NCBI RefSeq assembly: GCF_016432865.1
Contig: NC_067399.1
Span: 583,854,001 to 583,918,000 of the forward strand
Source: Antechinus flavipes
Lineage: Eukaryota
Direction: 5' to 3'
Length of the DNA stretch: 64,000 nt
Position 1 is the first letter of the stretch; each line of letters opens with the position of its first letter. The position numbers and the translations under genes are program-made. The notes beneath the pieces were generated by a model that saw nothing but the letters and a program-made list of their open reading frames with translations, was not told the origin of the DNA and did not search any database. This document shows, one piece after another, positions 1 through 12,669 of the stretch.

Positions 1-2080
1 AAAGATGATATGGTGAAAAAGTGCTGGAGATACATCCATGCTAAGACCAGAACTGCCTCAGCTGGTTTCAGATAGAAAGAAATGCTAAAAATATGGAAAG
101 GGCTTTTCTATTGTATGTGGGTGTGGGACAAGCCTCTCCTACAAGAGAAACTTGGAAATATATTTTCCCAGCTTGGACATGTTTTTTGGAACACACAAAT
201 CCAGCATCTATTTGTTCAGACTTTTTGACCAATCATGCATGACCCATGAGTGCATTAGAATAGAAACATTGTGCCTGGATAAGTTCTACATGCTGCCTTT
301 GCTTCTGAACCAGTCCTTTAAGTTATTAAAGAGAACTGGATGGGAAGAAAGTCAGATTGAAGTATTTGTGGATATTCTAATGAAAGAAAATTTGCACCCA
401 GACAATCAGGGACTTTGTGGAGGAAAGTTCTATTTCATTGACATATACTTGAAACAATGACTAAAGTTAAAGCCAAAGAGTTTATAGTAGATCAAAACTT
501 GAAGTTCATTATTCCATTCTGCAAAATTGCAACTAGGACAAAGCATTCTGTTTTGTTGTATAATATAGTCGGAAGAATCTGAAACAATTTCAGAACAAGC
601 TCCCTTTGCCAATGAAAATTGAATGAGAATTAAATGCAAACTCAGGACCATGAACTGTTACAAACTGAATTAGATGATATGACATCTATAAGACTGCCTT
701 GCAAGATAAAAAAAGGAAAGAAAAGTAAGCATTCTCTTCAAGAAAAGAAAAATCAAAAGTGAAAAAGCAGAGCAGTGGAGATGGACATATTGGACTTGTT
801 CTTCAGTTCAATATGAGGAAATTGATCATATGATATTTTAAATGGCCAGCAAGCAAAACACTCCTTCTTTGAACAATAAGTATCTGTACAAACTGGTCAG
901 AAATTTCTAGAGCCTCACTGAAGTCATATTCCTTCAGGATGGCCTTCCTTAAGACAACAAATTGAACAGCAACAGGCTTCAACAAAAGACTTGTTTGCCA
1001 AATTGCAAAAAGAGAAAGGAGAAAAGGATGAAAAGCAGAATATGGAAACAGCTCCAAGAAAGATAGGTCAAGAACTATGAAGAAAAAGGAGAGAAATAAA
1101 AGGAAGGATATAAGTACAGATTATTCTTTTCCATTGAAGATAGACACATCAGATATAGCTGTTCATGTAAATCCTCAAAACAATAGTCCAAGGGAATATT
1201 TAAAAGAAAAAAAAAAGTCAAGGATCAAAAGCCATAGAAATAATAGGTGACTCCCAAAAGCCAAGATAAGAGATGCAAAAAATTAAATTAAAAAACAAAA
1301 ACAAAAACAAAATCCCCCAAACTCCCAAACCAAGAATTGACAGACCTTGAAGTGACACCAGCCATTGGCAAAAGCAGGAAAAAAGAAACTTGTGAAAAGA
1401 CAGATACCAAGGAATAGAAAATGAAAAAAATTTACACCACTTCCAAAGGCTTATACATCACTCCCTGCTGTGAAACTATTTCCATTCCATCCTATTAGTC
1501 CCCTAAAGCTAGAAAGTAATGACATAGGAGCCCCTAAATTGATCACAAAACAAAGGAAGCTAAGATGTTAATGGAAGCAACCTGGTGACCTCAAAGGTTT
1601 TTTTCTGACATGGTTAATATGAAAGAATTATAGTTAACATGTATGGGACTCTCTGCCATCTAGGGGAGAGGGTGGAAGGAAGGAGGGGAAAAGTTGGAAC
1701 ACATTTTTGCAAGGGTCAATGTTGAAAAATTACCTATGCATATGTTTTGTCAATAAAAAGCTATAATAATAATAAAAAAAGAATTATAGTTAACTAGAAC
1801 CAGTGACCTAGAGATAGAGTGTCAGCATTTAGATATTACTAGAATGATAAAAAAGAACATAACTGGGTTAATGGAAACATTATTGTTTCTTCCCAGCAAG
1901 AAAAAGCCAAGTTATCCATGAAGGAAATGGCAAGAATACAGAAAATCTAAGAGACTTGTGGTTTTCTTCCCCCTCCAAAAACAGTGTCAGTAAATCAACA
2001 GGAAAAGAGGAAAAATCAATGAATTTCGTGGATGCTTTACCTCCAAGTAGAAGAGTGGAGAAAAAAAAACACAAGGAAAG
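1..2080 (+). pseudogene. RRP1: Processed (intronless) pseudogene of the RRP1/RRP1B (Nop52) family; starts upstream of the window
   Basis: Frame 1 from base 1 reads KDDMVKKCWRYIHAKTRTASAGFR*KEMLKIWKGLFYCMWVWDKPLLQEKLGNIFSQLGHVFWNTQIQHLFVQTF*. After frameshifts it continues LDKFYML..LLKRTGWEESQIEVFVDILMKE..FYFIDIYL (ORF 152-460), MTKVKAKEFIVDQNLKFIIPFCKIATRTK, and LVLQFN-YEEIDHMIF*MASKQNTPSLNNKYLYKLVRNF*SLTEVIFLQD (about 795-950). These match recalled Nop52-domain motifs (LKIWKGLFYCMW, DKPLLQEEL, LDKFYML, DQNLKFIDPFC, VLQFDY). It has many stops and frameshifts and no introns. Homology is confident over 1-950; the extension to about 2080 rests only on K/E-rich coding-like composition. Confidence 0.88.
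1639..1777 (+). mobile_element. 5'-truncated L1 3' end with perfect 17-bp TSD
   Basis: L1 3'UTR terminus (GGGGAGAGGGTGGAAGGAAGGAGGGGAAAAG...AATAAAAAGCTATAATAATAATAAAAAAA) flanked by AAAGAATTATAGTTAAC at 1622-1638 and 1778-1794. Confidence 0.85.
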
Positions 2081-2536
2081 ATCTTTAGTGCTTTATAAGT
2101 GTTAGGATTGGTTTTCTGGATGATCTTCGAGTATTCTAATTTCTAAAAAAAAAAGAGTAGATTGAAGAAATATTTTCTATCACAAGATAAACAAACATTC
2201 CAAGATGGCATTTGTAAGGAATCCTATTTTTAAAAATCATAACTTTTTCGTAATAAAAACTGAGTTGTGATACAAGGAAAAAAACATATTGGGTCACGTG
2301 ATTCACTAAGCATTCAGGACAATAGGACTCCAGCCTTTCATTCTTAAACTAATTTCTTTCTATATACAGAATACTCAGAATTATTTGAGGAAAGGAAACT
2401 CTCACCACAGTGCTGTGAACTGGAGCAAATCCTTTTGATCCCAACTGAGAGGTTTCTTTATCTCCAACACCATTCAGAGTTCGTATCAGAATTTTTTTTT
2501 GATTAGTTTATAGAGCGTATCCCCATTAGTTCAGAA

Positions 2537-2718
2537 CAGAGGTGTCATATTCACAGCCACATGATGGACAAGAATCCCAAACACAGCCTGAGCTAGATTA
2601 AAATGTGATGGGGAAATGTTCAACAAAATAAGTAAAAATATAATACAACACAGAAGTGCCAATTTGTGGTTTTCTAAATCAATATACAGCCAGTAAGGAT
2701 CCATTTATGACACCATTG
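2537..2718. mobile_element. hAT-type MITE (degraded)
   Basis: Termini CAGAGGTGTCA / TGACACCATTG are imperfect inverted repeats. The interior GATTAAAATGT..GGGAAAT.TT.AACAAAATAAGTAAAAATA is shared with the copy at 49113-49352. Confidence 0.6.
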
Positions 2719-3289
2719 GTTTCAAAGATTTAGTAACTGCATCAGTCACTAATTAAAAAAAAAAGGCACTAAATTGGGAATTGTCAGATTTGATCCATCT
2801 CTGAAAATTTTTAACTCTGATGGGGTAGAGAAAGAAAAAACATACTCCTCCTCAAACAACTTCATTTAGAGGAATTAGCCAACCTTACTTACAGGACTGC
2901 ATTATAGTGGGGGCAGAGATTTGAAGGTAAATGTTTCACTTGGTAAATGATTGCTTTCTGGTCACTATGTTACTGAATCTCCTACTATCTTTCCCTTGCA
3001 CTCTAGATAGCCATAGCGTAGAGAGCTTGTCTTCAGTCATACTCATTGCATTTTTGAGATGGAATGAAATTTAAATTAAGGCAGCAGGACCCATTTTCAT
3101 GGTTATTTAGACAGAGCCAAAGAATGGTTTCACATTCGGGATCAGTAATTTTCCATTATTAAATACAAGTACAGCATATATTTCTAGAAATGTGGATACC
3201 ATGTAGATGTTAAAATTGATCCATCATATGACATCTACCTGACTGCGAAATATAGATTTTTAATTTTTCAGTTGAATTCAATTCAGTTA

Positions 3290-5340
3290 TTGAATTCAAA
3301 TGTTTAATTCAATTTAAATCACTTAGTGTCTGATTTGTGCAAAGCAACAGTACTAGAGATGCGATAACAGCAACAAAAATGATACATTTCCTCCTTGTTG
3401 AAGAGATAAAATAGATACATAAATAAATAAATAACAAGTTATTATAAGCCAGAACTTGAAACAAGGTGTTAAGTCACTAGAATTGATAGAAACAATGCTT
3501 ATGTTTATACCTTTGAGAGTTCACACATTAGTTGAAAAATTTGGGAGATTTCAGTATTCAGTATGAGATTCACAAAGTTTACAACTTCCACAATCCCACT
3601 CTCTCAGAGGAGGAGTCAACCTTTGGGTTCACACCTTTAAGAGATCATATATAAGAAGCTCTTAGAACTTCAGTCAAGAAATTGGAAGAGATTGAGAAGT
3701 GAGAAATCAGTTGAAGAGATTGAGAACTAGAATTCAGTTGGGAGATTCAGAACCAAGATTCAGAGAGAGCTGGAGGCAGAAGCTAGCAACAAGAGCTCTC
3801 CGAACCAAGGAAAGCTAACCAAGCTATTTTGAAGGAGACAATAAAGATTTGGATTTTTACTCCTGGCTGCATTTGAGGTGATTATTGATCTGAACTGAAA
3901 CTAAGGCTGCCTCCAGAAAACCTCCCCAAGAAACCTGCTCCCAGAGAACGATCATATTTTTAGAAAAGAAAAGTAATTGAGGAAGAGGAGAGAGTACTAG
4001 CTGCAAAGATCAGGGAAGAGTATGAATTAGGAGACTCCTAAATTGATGCTTGAAGAGAAGTTAAGAATTCTAAGCATTGAAGGTGAGGAAGGCATGAAAG
4101 ATGACATGTACAAGGATACATATATGAGAGACAGCATTGTGTATGTATAGAACAAAGTGTAAACCAGACAGAATAAATAGTGCCTGAAAGTTAATGAGGA
4201 GGTCCAAAAAGTTAGATTGGAATCAATGCTTTAAATTCCAGGTTTTCCTTTTATACTTGAAGCAACAGGGAGGCATTAAATATTCTCTAGTAGATGTGTT
4301 TTATAAAGAATAATTTGTCCTCTGTATAGAGAATTAGGGGAGAAGAGAGGAGAGAGTAAAAGTAGAATCCAGTTAGGAAGATCTTGTAATTCAGGTGAGA
4401 GATAGCGAGAGGCTGAACTTATAACTATGAAAGGAAAGAAGAGGGCAGATGGCAATATATGTTCTGTGAGTAGCATCAGAAAGATTTGGCAAATGATTAG
4501 ATATAGGGCAAGAATAGTTCCAATTTTGAAAATCCAAATAATTGGAAGGATGTAAGGTGGTGCCTTATCAGTAAAGAGGAATTTTGGAGGAGAGAGAGGC
4601 CTGAGGAAAAGTTGAATAAATTCTGGCTACATATGTTGACTTTGAGATGCTGAGGGTACTTCCAGATGGAGATGTCCAGTAGGCAATTGGCAAAGTAGGG
4701 TCATATATTATTATAGGTTAAGCAGACATAAAAGAGAGTCATCTGCACAGAAATGATAATGAAACCCACAGTAGGTAATAAAATCATCAAGAACAGAGTA
4801 TGTAGAAAGGAAGTGAAATGGGCTAAGTGTAGAACCTTAGGGAGCACTTCTGTTTAATAGACAAGCTATGAATGATGATTCAACATAGGAGTAGGAATGG
4901 TCAGATACTAAGGGAAGGCACTGATTGCCATGGCAGTCAAGGAAGAGAGAATACTTAGCAAAAGGGAATCATTCAGATAGTAATCATTTATTAAGTCTTG
5001 TTTATGTATCAGGCACTGTGTTAGGCACTGTGGATTCAAATAATATAAGAATAAAAGTGAGAAGGGTTTTGTTCTTAAGGATTTACATTTTACTGGTTGT
5101 GTCAAAAGTTACAGAATGAGGAATAAGAAAAGGCCACTGATTTTTAGCATTTAAGGGAAAATGCCAGTTTTGGAAAAATCATTTTAATTTTAATTTTGGG
5201 GGTCAGAACTCAGGTTACAAGGGATTGAGAGGTAAAAAGGAGGAGAAGAAATGAAAGCAACAAGAATAAGTTAAAATTTCTAAAACTAAGACACAATAAA
5301 GGAGAACATAGGATGATAGTTTGAGTGGATAGCAAGGTCA
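3290..5340 (-). mobile_element. Old L2 LINE fragments, interrupted by a solo LTR
   Basis: L2 3'-end reverse-complement motifs (CATTTATTAAG..TATGTATCAGGCACTGTGTTAGGCACTGTGGATTCAAA near 4986-5040) and the purine-rich body typical of antisense L2. Confidence 0.6.
3440..3975 (+). mobile_element. Solo LTR (ERV)
   Basis: About 535-bp block inserted into L2, with TATA box TATATAAG at 3648-3655 and AATAAA at 3840-3845. The TG/CA ends are eroded; a possible 4-bp TSD is AAGT. Confidence 0.65.
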
Positions 5341-6889
5341 AACAAAGACCTTCTTATGGATGGCAGAGGCCTGGGCAATTGTATAGACCTCTGTGAGGGA
5401 TTGATGGATAATTAGAGATTGAAAAAGGGAAGATTTGATGGGGGTAGATTGATTGAAGGAGATGTAATATTCTCTCAGTATTTTCCAGTGTGTTATGACT
5501 TGGGGATTCTGTTCAAGATTTATTTGTGTAATATAATATTTGTTTTTTTTTATATATCTCTGCAAGGTATATTGAGATCCTTTTCAACAAAGCTGAAAAC
5601 TTAACATCTCTATGGGATTAAGAGTCTATGATATGTCTGCTCTCTTCCAGCAATGGTTTAAGTTGGGACAGATCTCTTATGGTGGTCCTCTTGTTCTTCA
5701 ACAATCTATACCAGTTTCTGCACTTCACAGTATAACCATAAAGCAATGGGACTGGCTTTTTAGCATATCAGAATTTATAGATTTGGATGAGTACAGTCCA
5801 TCAAATTTGTAACTTGGGGCAGCTCTTTACTGAGACTACCATTGCTAGAAACATTTCCAAATATATTCTTGGCAAATGGCATTTTATTTGGCAGGTTTAT
5901 GTAGCATATCCCAATTAGTTGGAATCTTTCCTCAGGAAGGAAGGATGAGCTTATGACATGGAAAGAGAATTGGAGCTTTGTGCAGGGGCAATAGCATAGC
6001 CAATGAAGTTTATCTGAGGATTGATTATTGCTAATTTGAAAGAGCATTGGGCATAACATTCAAATAAAAGCAGGCCTGGCATATGATTATCAGCCATTTA
6101 TTTACAGTGGGACCATGGGTGATCACTTCTCCTCTTTAGGTCTCAGTTTCTAAATAATAAACTGAAGCAGGGATACATTAGACAATCTTTAAGGTCCTTT
6201 CCAGTTCTAGCATTCTATGACCAGTGAGTCATACAAGAAAATGAATATTATTATTTTCTAGGGATAGCTTGTTTGATCCCACATTGTATCAAACAACTTG
6301 GTCATTTACCTTATTCATCAGAAGTGACTATAAATGACTTTTAGCTGTTTCAAAAAATCAAACACATTCTCATGTCACCACTGAACAAATTCAAAATAAT
6401 ATGTCCCAAGTTCAAAGGACCACTGCTAGGGAGAGGTTACTAGAGATTTTTTTTTCAATGACAGCCTCATTAGAATATTTTTACCACCCTGCCTTTCCTC
6501 AAAAGGACCAGTTTAGAGGATTAGTACTAGTCTTTTAAATAAATGCATATACACACATGCATTTACACACATACATATGGGCATACACACTAGAACATAA
6601 CTTCATTTCTCTGGAGTTTAGCTTTCTATGAAACATAAGGATTCTACTAAATAATACCTAGGGTCCCTTCTCATTTTAAGTCATTCTAAATTTAAAGGAG
6701 TAGTTAGATGAAATGAAGGTACTCATATTAGAAGAGGCAGCACCATTTAGAAATAACATAATAGAAATGATCAGAGGATAAGTGTAAGTAGTGTTTAACT
6801 AGAGTTTTTTTTTTTTTTTTCCATAAGGAATTTTCAGACATGGAAAACTGAATGATAATTGTTCCTTATGGACCCCTTCTCTTCTAGTC

Positions 6890-7230
6890 TTAAGATGTAT
6901 CAGTTGAAAGAATTGGAGATTTTTAGTCTAAAAAAGAGTTGACTGTTGGGGAACATAATTGTGATCCTAAAATATCTCAAGGACTGTCATGTGGAAGATA
7001 GATTCAGCATATCCTGTTTGTCTCTAAGGGACAGATGTAGAACTAATTGACAGACATTATTTTGGCTCAATATAAGAAGGCAAACCAGCAGTGGAATAGG
7101 TTGCCTCATGAGATAATGAGTTCTGCATCATGAGAGGTGTTAGAGCAAAAGATGGATAGTAGGTTGAAGTTTCTGAAAAGAGCTTTCTTGTTTTGGGTAG
7201 AGTGTGAAGTGAGTGATCTCTGATTGTCTT
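6890..7230 (+). mobile_element. CR1/L3 LINE 3' fragment
   Basis: Resembles the L3 3' end (AAATATCTCAAGGACTGTCATGTGGAAG...TTTTGGCTCAATATAAG...TGGAATAGGTTGCCTC). Similar fragments lie near 31480-31750, 35370-35670 and 62000-62240. Confidence 0.6.
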
Positions 7231-7379
7231 TTAGCTTGGTGGGTCCTTAAGCCATATTATACCAGTCTCTCCCATAAGGGAATCTTTAACTTCTACCTCT
7301 GAGACACCTAGCTGAGAGCAATAATGTTGAATTAGGCATATCAGGTTTAAAAAAAAAAAAAAAACAGCATAGTTTAGTT

Positions 7380-8015
7380 CAGGTGTTCTAGTTCCTAATT
7401 GTGCCATGAACAATCTGGTGAAGCCTATGGACAGCTTCTTTAAATAATGTTTTCAAATGCATAAAATTAAATACATAAAGACATTACAAAGAAACTAACT
7501 ATATCAAAATACACTATGTAAGACACACACATGCCCACAAATACATTGTATATATGTGTGTATGTGTGTTCTGTGTATGTGTATATACACACATATGTAC
7601 ACACACAAATATACATATATGTGTTTGTGTGTTGTGTATATATACATATATAACATGCACAAATACACATATATATACACAACAAATATGGTATATATAA
7701 TGTATATATACATATGCACAAAACAAATACATATTTATATACACATGCACATGTATGTATGTATATAGATTGTGTGCATATATTTATATATGTGAGTACA
7801 TTGTGTATGCATGTATATGTGAACAGGTATATATGCCATGTATCTGTATACATATATGTGCTTTTGGGTATATAGCGTATTTGTATGCAGTCATATATAC
7901 ACACATGTACAATACATACACAGTGTATGCACATGCATACATTACAAGCACATACCTAGTTTTACCTAAATTACATAGACACACAAATTCATAAACCCAA
8001 CGTTAAGAATCCCTG
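7380..8015 (+). mobile_element. hAT-Charlie MITE (Charlie4z-like) split by a low-complexity CA/TA expansion
   Basis: Starts CAGGTGTTCT...GTGCCATG..TCTGGTGAAGCCTATGGAC..TAATGTTTTCAAATGCATAAAATTAAATACATAAG and ends GTTAAGAATCCCTG, with GTTTAGT on both sides. Confidence 0.7.
7520..7955. repeat. Low-complexity (TA/CA/TG) microsatellite mosaic
   Basis: Alternating purine-pyrimidine tract. It accounts for the overlapping Y/I/C/V/H-rich ORFs at 7467-7994. Confidence 0.9.
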
Positions 8016-10181
8016 TTTAGTGAAAAAAATACTGTTTTAGCCAATTAGCAACTTCCCTGACACTACAGTTTAGGACAATTGATTAGGAAATAGTAGACTA
8101 AGTAATTGTGTTGGGAGAGATTATAGATCTACTTTCTTGACAGAAAGTGAAAGAAACCTGTTCCCTCCCTGTTAGAAACATTCAGTCTTACAAGATATGC
8201 TGTGATGTAAGGCTGGTCTATATTCTTGTTGTAGGCCTAGGGCTGCTTCTGATTCTTGCTGTGGGACTATGGGGTCCAGTCTTTTCCCTCTCTGGGCTCT
8301 CTTTCTTTATCTATAAAAGGAAGGTGTTAGTTCAAGGGTCTCTCCAGCTCTGCCATCTGTTGTGGAAATTTAGTTATTTCTCTGATCCAAAGACAGATCA
8401 TTTCTAGATGAATGGCACAGTCAGTGTTAAATCTTGGAGACAGAGGCAAAGGGCAAAAAAATAAATAAATAATGTCCTAGTTTAGCAGGGCAGATGAGAT
8501 TTTTTAGCATGATGGTTGAGAGGTGCAATCAGAATTCTCCCTCTCCCCGACCCTTCATCTCTTTAAATGCATAAATTTTATAGATGCTCAGAAACACTTG
8601 ATAGAGAAATGCTATGATCTCTCACTTCTTTCCTAGTGCCTTCCAAAGCGGATGTCAGAAATCAGTAACACTTTTGCATAAATATTGAAGTTTCCATTTA
8701 ATGGCACCATAAATCCACTTACTTCAAGGTCATTGTGAAGAACCTCTTTTCAGCAAGCCTCCAACATATCTTTGGCCTGAGGAAGAGCAGCCTAGGGTGG
8801 TGGAGAGTGAAACCTCTTCCAGAGACAAGTTTGACAGAGACATATGGGCAGTTGCCAAGGAGGGGAGTGCTTCTGGCCTGCTCTGAATCCAGTGAGGGCT
8901 CTCAGGCAGAACTAGTCCGACCATGTAGAGTGCTTCTTGTAATGTGCCTTTTCACAATATTGTCTGCCTCATCAGGACTTTTGTCTTTTGGGTGCAGGTT
9001 CACAAGAGAACCTCAGGACTGCCTAAGGATGAGAGAAAGAAATAGGGAGGGCTGTATTTGAAAGCAGAAAATCCTCAATTTGAATTCCACTTGAGAAACA
9101 TCTTAGTTGTGACTCTGGGCAAGTCACAGTAACCCAAGTTTCCTCTTCTTAAATGGGGATAATAATGACACTTTCACAGGATGGCTGTTAGGCTCAACTG
9201 GCATAAAATATGTAAAGTGTTATGTAAACCTTAAACTACTCTGCACATGTTAGCTATTACTATTTTTATTGTCATTACAATTTTGATCAAGAGGTCACAG
9301 TTTTATCCATTCTGTCCCAGGTACCACAGTGGGAGATCTCTCATATCCAATGAGCCATCAAATCTGTGTCATTTAGTAAATGCCCTGGGATGGAGGTATT
9401 TACAAAAGCAAAGGATTAAGCAGCAAGTATTTACTGATCCAAAACTTAGTATTAGAACATGCAGTACAATTGAGAAGAGAAGAGGTACACAACCACAGAT
9501 AAGAAAACAATAAGGAATGTAAGAAAGTGTGAGTAATTCTGTATTAAGTTTGGTGATACATTTTATAAATGGTGTAGAAGTTTAGAGAAGGAGGATCAGT
9601 AAAGGCTGGAAAACCAGTGAAGGCTTTATAGAAGGAATAGAACTTTAGGTGATAGATAGGATTTGGTAGAGAAAAGGTATGAAGGAATGAGCATAGAGTA
9701 TCTGTGGGCCAGCAAAAGAACTAATTGGCTCAAAGGGAAAAAATGTAAGGAAATAAAATTATATGTGTTAGTGTGGAGAGAAATAATAGGAGTTCTTAAA
9801 AGAAAGCTTAAATAGACCTGTCCTTTGCCTTCTAGGAGTTTTTACAAAAAGAATATTGGAAAGGGAGTAGTAGGAGTAGGAGTTGGGGATTCCCGCTCGC
9901 CTCCTCCCCCGCCACACACACTCCAAACTCTTTCTGTCATTATCAGTATCTGGTTTGACTGGAGGCTTGGAGAAAATTGCCTTCTCTTCAACATTTATGG
10001 CTTTACCTTAGGATTTCTGAATTGGACAAAGAAAAACCTGCAAAGCTGATATTTTCATATGTTTGTACAACTTCTTGAATTGGTGAAAATCAAGCTTAGT
10101 CAGTCAATAAATACTTATCATGCACCTATTGTTTACCAGGTGCTGTGGATACAAAGAAAGGCAAAAAGTAGTGGCTCCTTT

Positions 10182-10719
10182 TGTAATTCTGGAGAAAGTG
10201 AGACAAGATAAAGATTAGAGAGTTTTAAAATATTTTTATTTGGATTTCTGAGAGGGAGAGATTGTGCTGGGGGCATGCTTGCCCCCAGGACTGATGTCCA
10301 AAGCATCCAGCAGCAAATGTGAGTTCTCAGTGACATATATAGCTCTTAGCTCGGGTAGCTAAACAAAGGGGTGGAGTGGGGTGGGGAATAGTCCAAACTC
10401 TGGTGAGCGGGAATCTCCAGGTAGGGACCATCATTCTGGTTCTGATAGGTTGGGGGGTAGGACTATAAATTCTTACAAAATGGGAATTAAGGAGGTGTCC
10501 AGCTTAGAGCCAGGAAATGTGGACTTAGAGGTATAAACAATGCCAATTAGGTATCTGATATAGGACATCAGGAGTCTTATGTTTTGGAATGTCAGATCTC
10601 CACAGCCCTAATCATCTCAGTTCTAATGGGCAGAAAAGAAGGGTTGCAACCAGGGAAACTGAGGCAAGACAATTTAGGGAAACTGAGTCAGGACAATAAA
10701 AGGAAACTGTGGCACAACA
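10182..10719 (-). mobile_element. Solo LTR (ERV1-like, 4-bp TSD)
   Basis: 538 bp with TGTAATTCTGG...GGCACAACA termini and TSD CTTT at 10178-10181 and 10720-10723. The minus-strand polyA signal (TTTATT 10235-10240) and TATA (about 10335-10341) are present. The flanks rejoin into an L2 fragment. Confidence 0.85.
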
Positions 10720-12669
10720 CTTTCAAGATGCTTACAGTCTGATAGAGGAGACCACATACAAATAACCATGCACAATCAACCTGTAGACTGGAAAAATCAA
10801 AAGAAAATTAAGAAAGAAAAGTCCCCACGAATAAGAGCACCAGGGAAAGCTGACTGTAGAAGGTAGAATTTTAGATAGAAATGAGGAGGAAAAGCTTTTC
10901 AGGAGTAGGGGACAGCCAGTGAAAATGGGCAACATTGCTGGCTACTTTTGAACACTCTACTTGTTCCCTAGTTTCTGTTTGTTCATGGGCAAAAGACCAG
11001 AGACCAGTCTTCCATAGCCCTGTCTTGGTCCAGGGATTCAGGGTTAAGGGGAAGGCAGTAAGAAGTATTGGGGCTTGATTGCCTGCTAAAAATATTAGGT
11101 ATTATCATGCATCAAGCACTGGACTTGTAGTCAGAAAAACTTAGCTATGTGATCCTAGGCAAGTCATTAACCTCTCCATTAACCTTAGTTTCTTTATCTG
11201 TTAAAATGAGAATGATAAGAGTCTGCTGCACAGGGATTTTTGCAAAACAAAGTACAATGTAAATGCTAATTGTTATCTCTAGAATATAATCCCAAGGGCC
11301 TTCTATCCTCTCTGTCCTATGTATCACTGAGAATTGGAGGATAGCTGTGGTTTAGTGGGCTTCTGGGATCCAGAGCCCAAAAGCTGTCACTACCTTCCAC
11401 AATTCCTCTATTAGTTTTGTGACTCGAGCCTTCCTTCTTAAATGAGCTGCTTCCTGGGCTTAGAAAGGTGATGGCTAGGTTTATTCACTGAGGATTATCA
11501 TGGTATTTCTATCTTCTAATATTTAGGAGTTTGACAGCTGAGAGAAATATAGCCAAACTATTTCCTGGCTGATTTCTCGGTATGTTTGCAGTGTCACTGG
11601 GCTATGGAACTTGAGAGTTCTAAGCAACTTCTTGTGGGATTTTCCTCCTTGATCCTCATGATTGACTTTGTCTGAAAAGCACCTTTCCCCTGGGAGCAAC
11701 CAGCCCTGTTTTTTCACCTAAATCATGAAAACCCCAGGGCTGTGAAGAGAAGTTGGGAAGCTCCAAAAGATTTTAATATACATTTAACTCCAGTTAATGA
11801 AGAAGTCCACAGCTTGGGGGCCCCTAGTGATGTTTTCCTTAATGTTATTAAATATTAATGAGACTTATTTCCCTCTTTGGGGCAAAGCATTGGGCCTCAT
11901 GCACATTTTTAATTACTGAGTTCCTAACAGGTATATTTTACTGCACAGAGCCGAAGTGCTGAAGATGAACATTTCACAGTAAAATGGAGAATATTAAGAA
12001 ATCTCTCTCCTTCCCAAGCAATGGTAGATACCTTCCAAAGAATATTAATTGTATTCAAGGTCAACAGAAACTCAGGATACTTCAATCAAGCCTATCCATG
12101 GAACTTTGTGGATGCCAGCCACTCCTGTCCCTGATATTTCCACAGATAAATCCAAGGGCAAATATTCTAAGCATGTGCAAGTTCATGATTCGTGATGCTC
12201 TAGTATTCATTCCACAGTAACTAAGTAGAATGAAAATCCTCTAGTGAAAAGTGAGAAAGGTTCATGAAAGATTTCTTCAGTTCTCACTACTCAGAGTGCC
12301 AGTCCCTACCTACTGCACAAATGCAATTTCTACGTTGCTTTCAAGGCTCAGATAAATTCCTTACTTTTTCATGCTACTATTCACAATTATTCCATGTCAT
12401 ATTGATTTCTTCTGTCTCTAGCATGACAATATATTTTCTGAACCAAATATTCCCAAGATTGATTACATCCTATCTTATATTTCTCCAAAAAGAGTATAAA
12501 CTTTCCAAGGAAAACTTTAGACTTTATCTCTTACTTTCTTCTATGTATGATAATATCTAAGATCCTTCTGGGTACACACTAGATATTAGATAAATGATTA
12601 ATTGCTTCCCCTTCCCAATTTAATTCCTCCTCTCCAATCCCTGCTTTTTGGGTAATATTTGGCAATTTA

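Noticed and set aside
7467-7994. Stack of overlapping 66-155 aa ORFs rich in Y, I, C, V, H, M
   Set aside because: Artefact of a TA/CA/TG low-complexity tract that lacks stop codons. The same applies to ORFs at 15012-15922 (except the true exon part), 26324-26897 and 31737-32020.
8730-9061. 108-aa ORF with moderate GC
   Set aside because: No recognisable domain, no splice-compatible link to SORCS3, and its length is within chance expectation.
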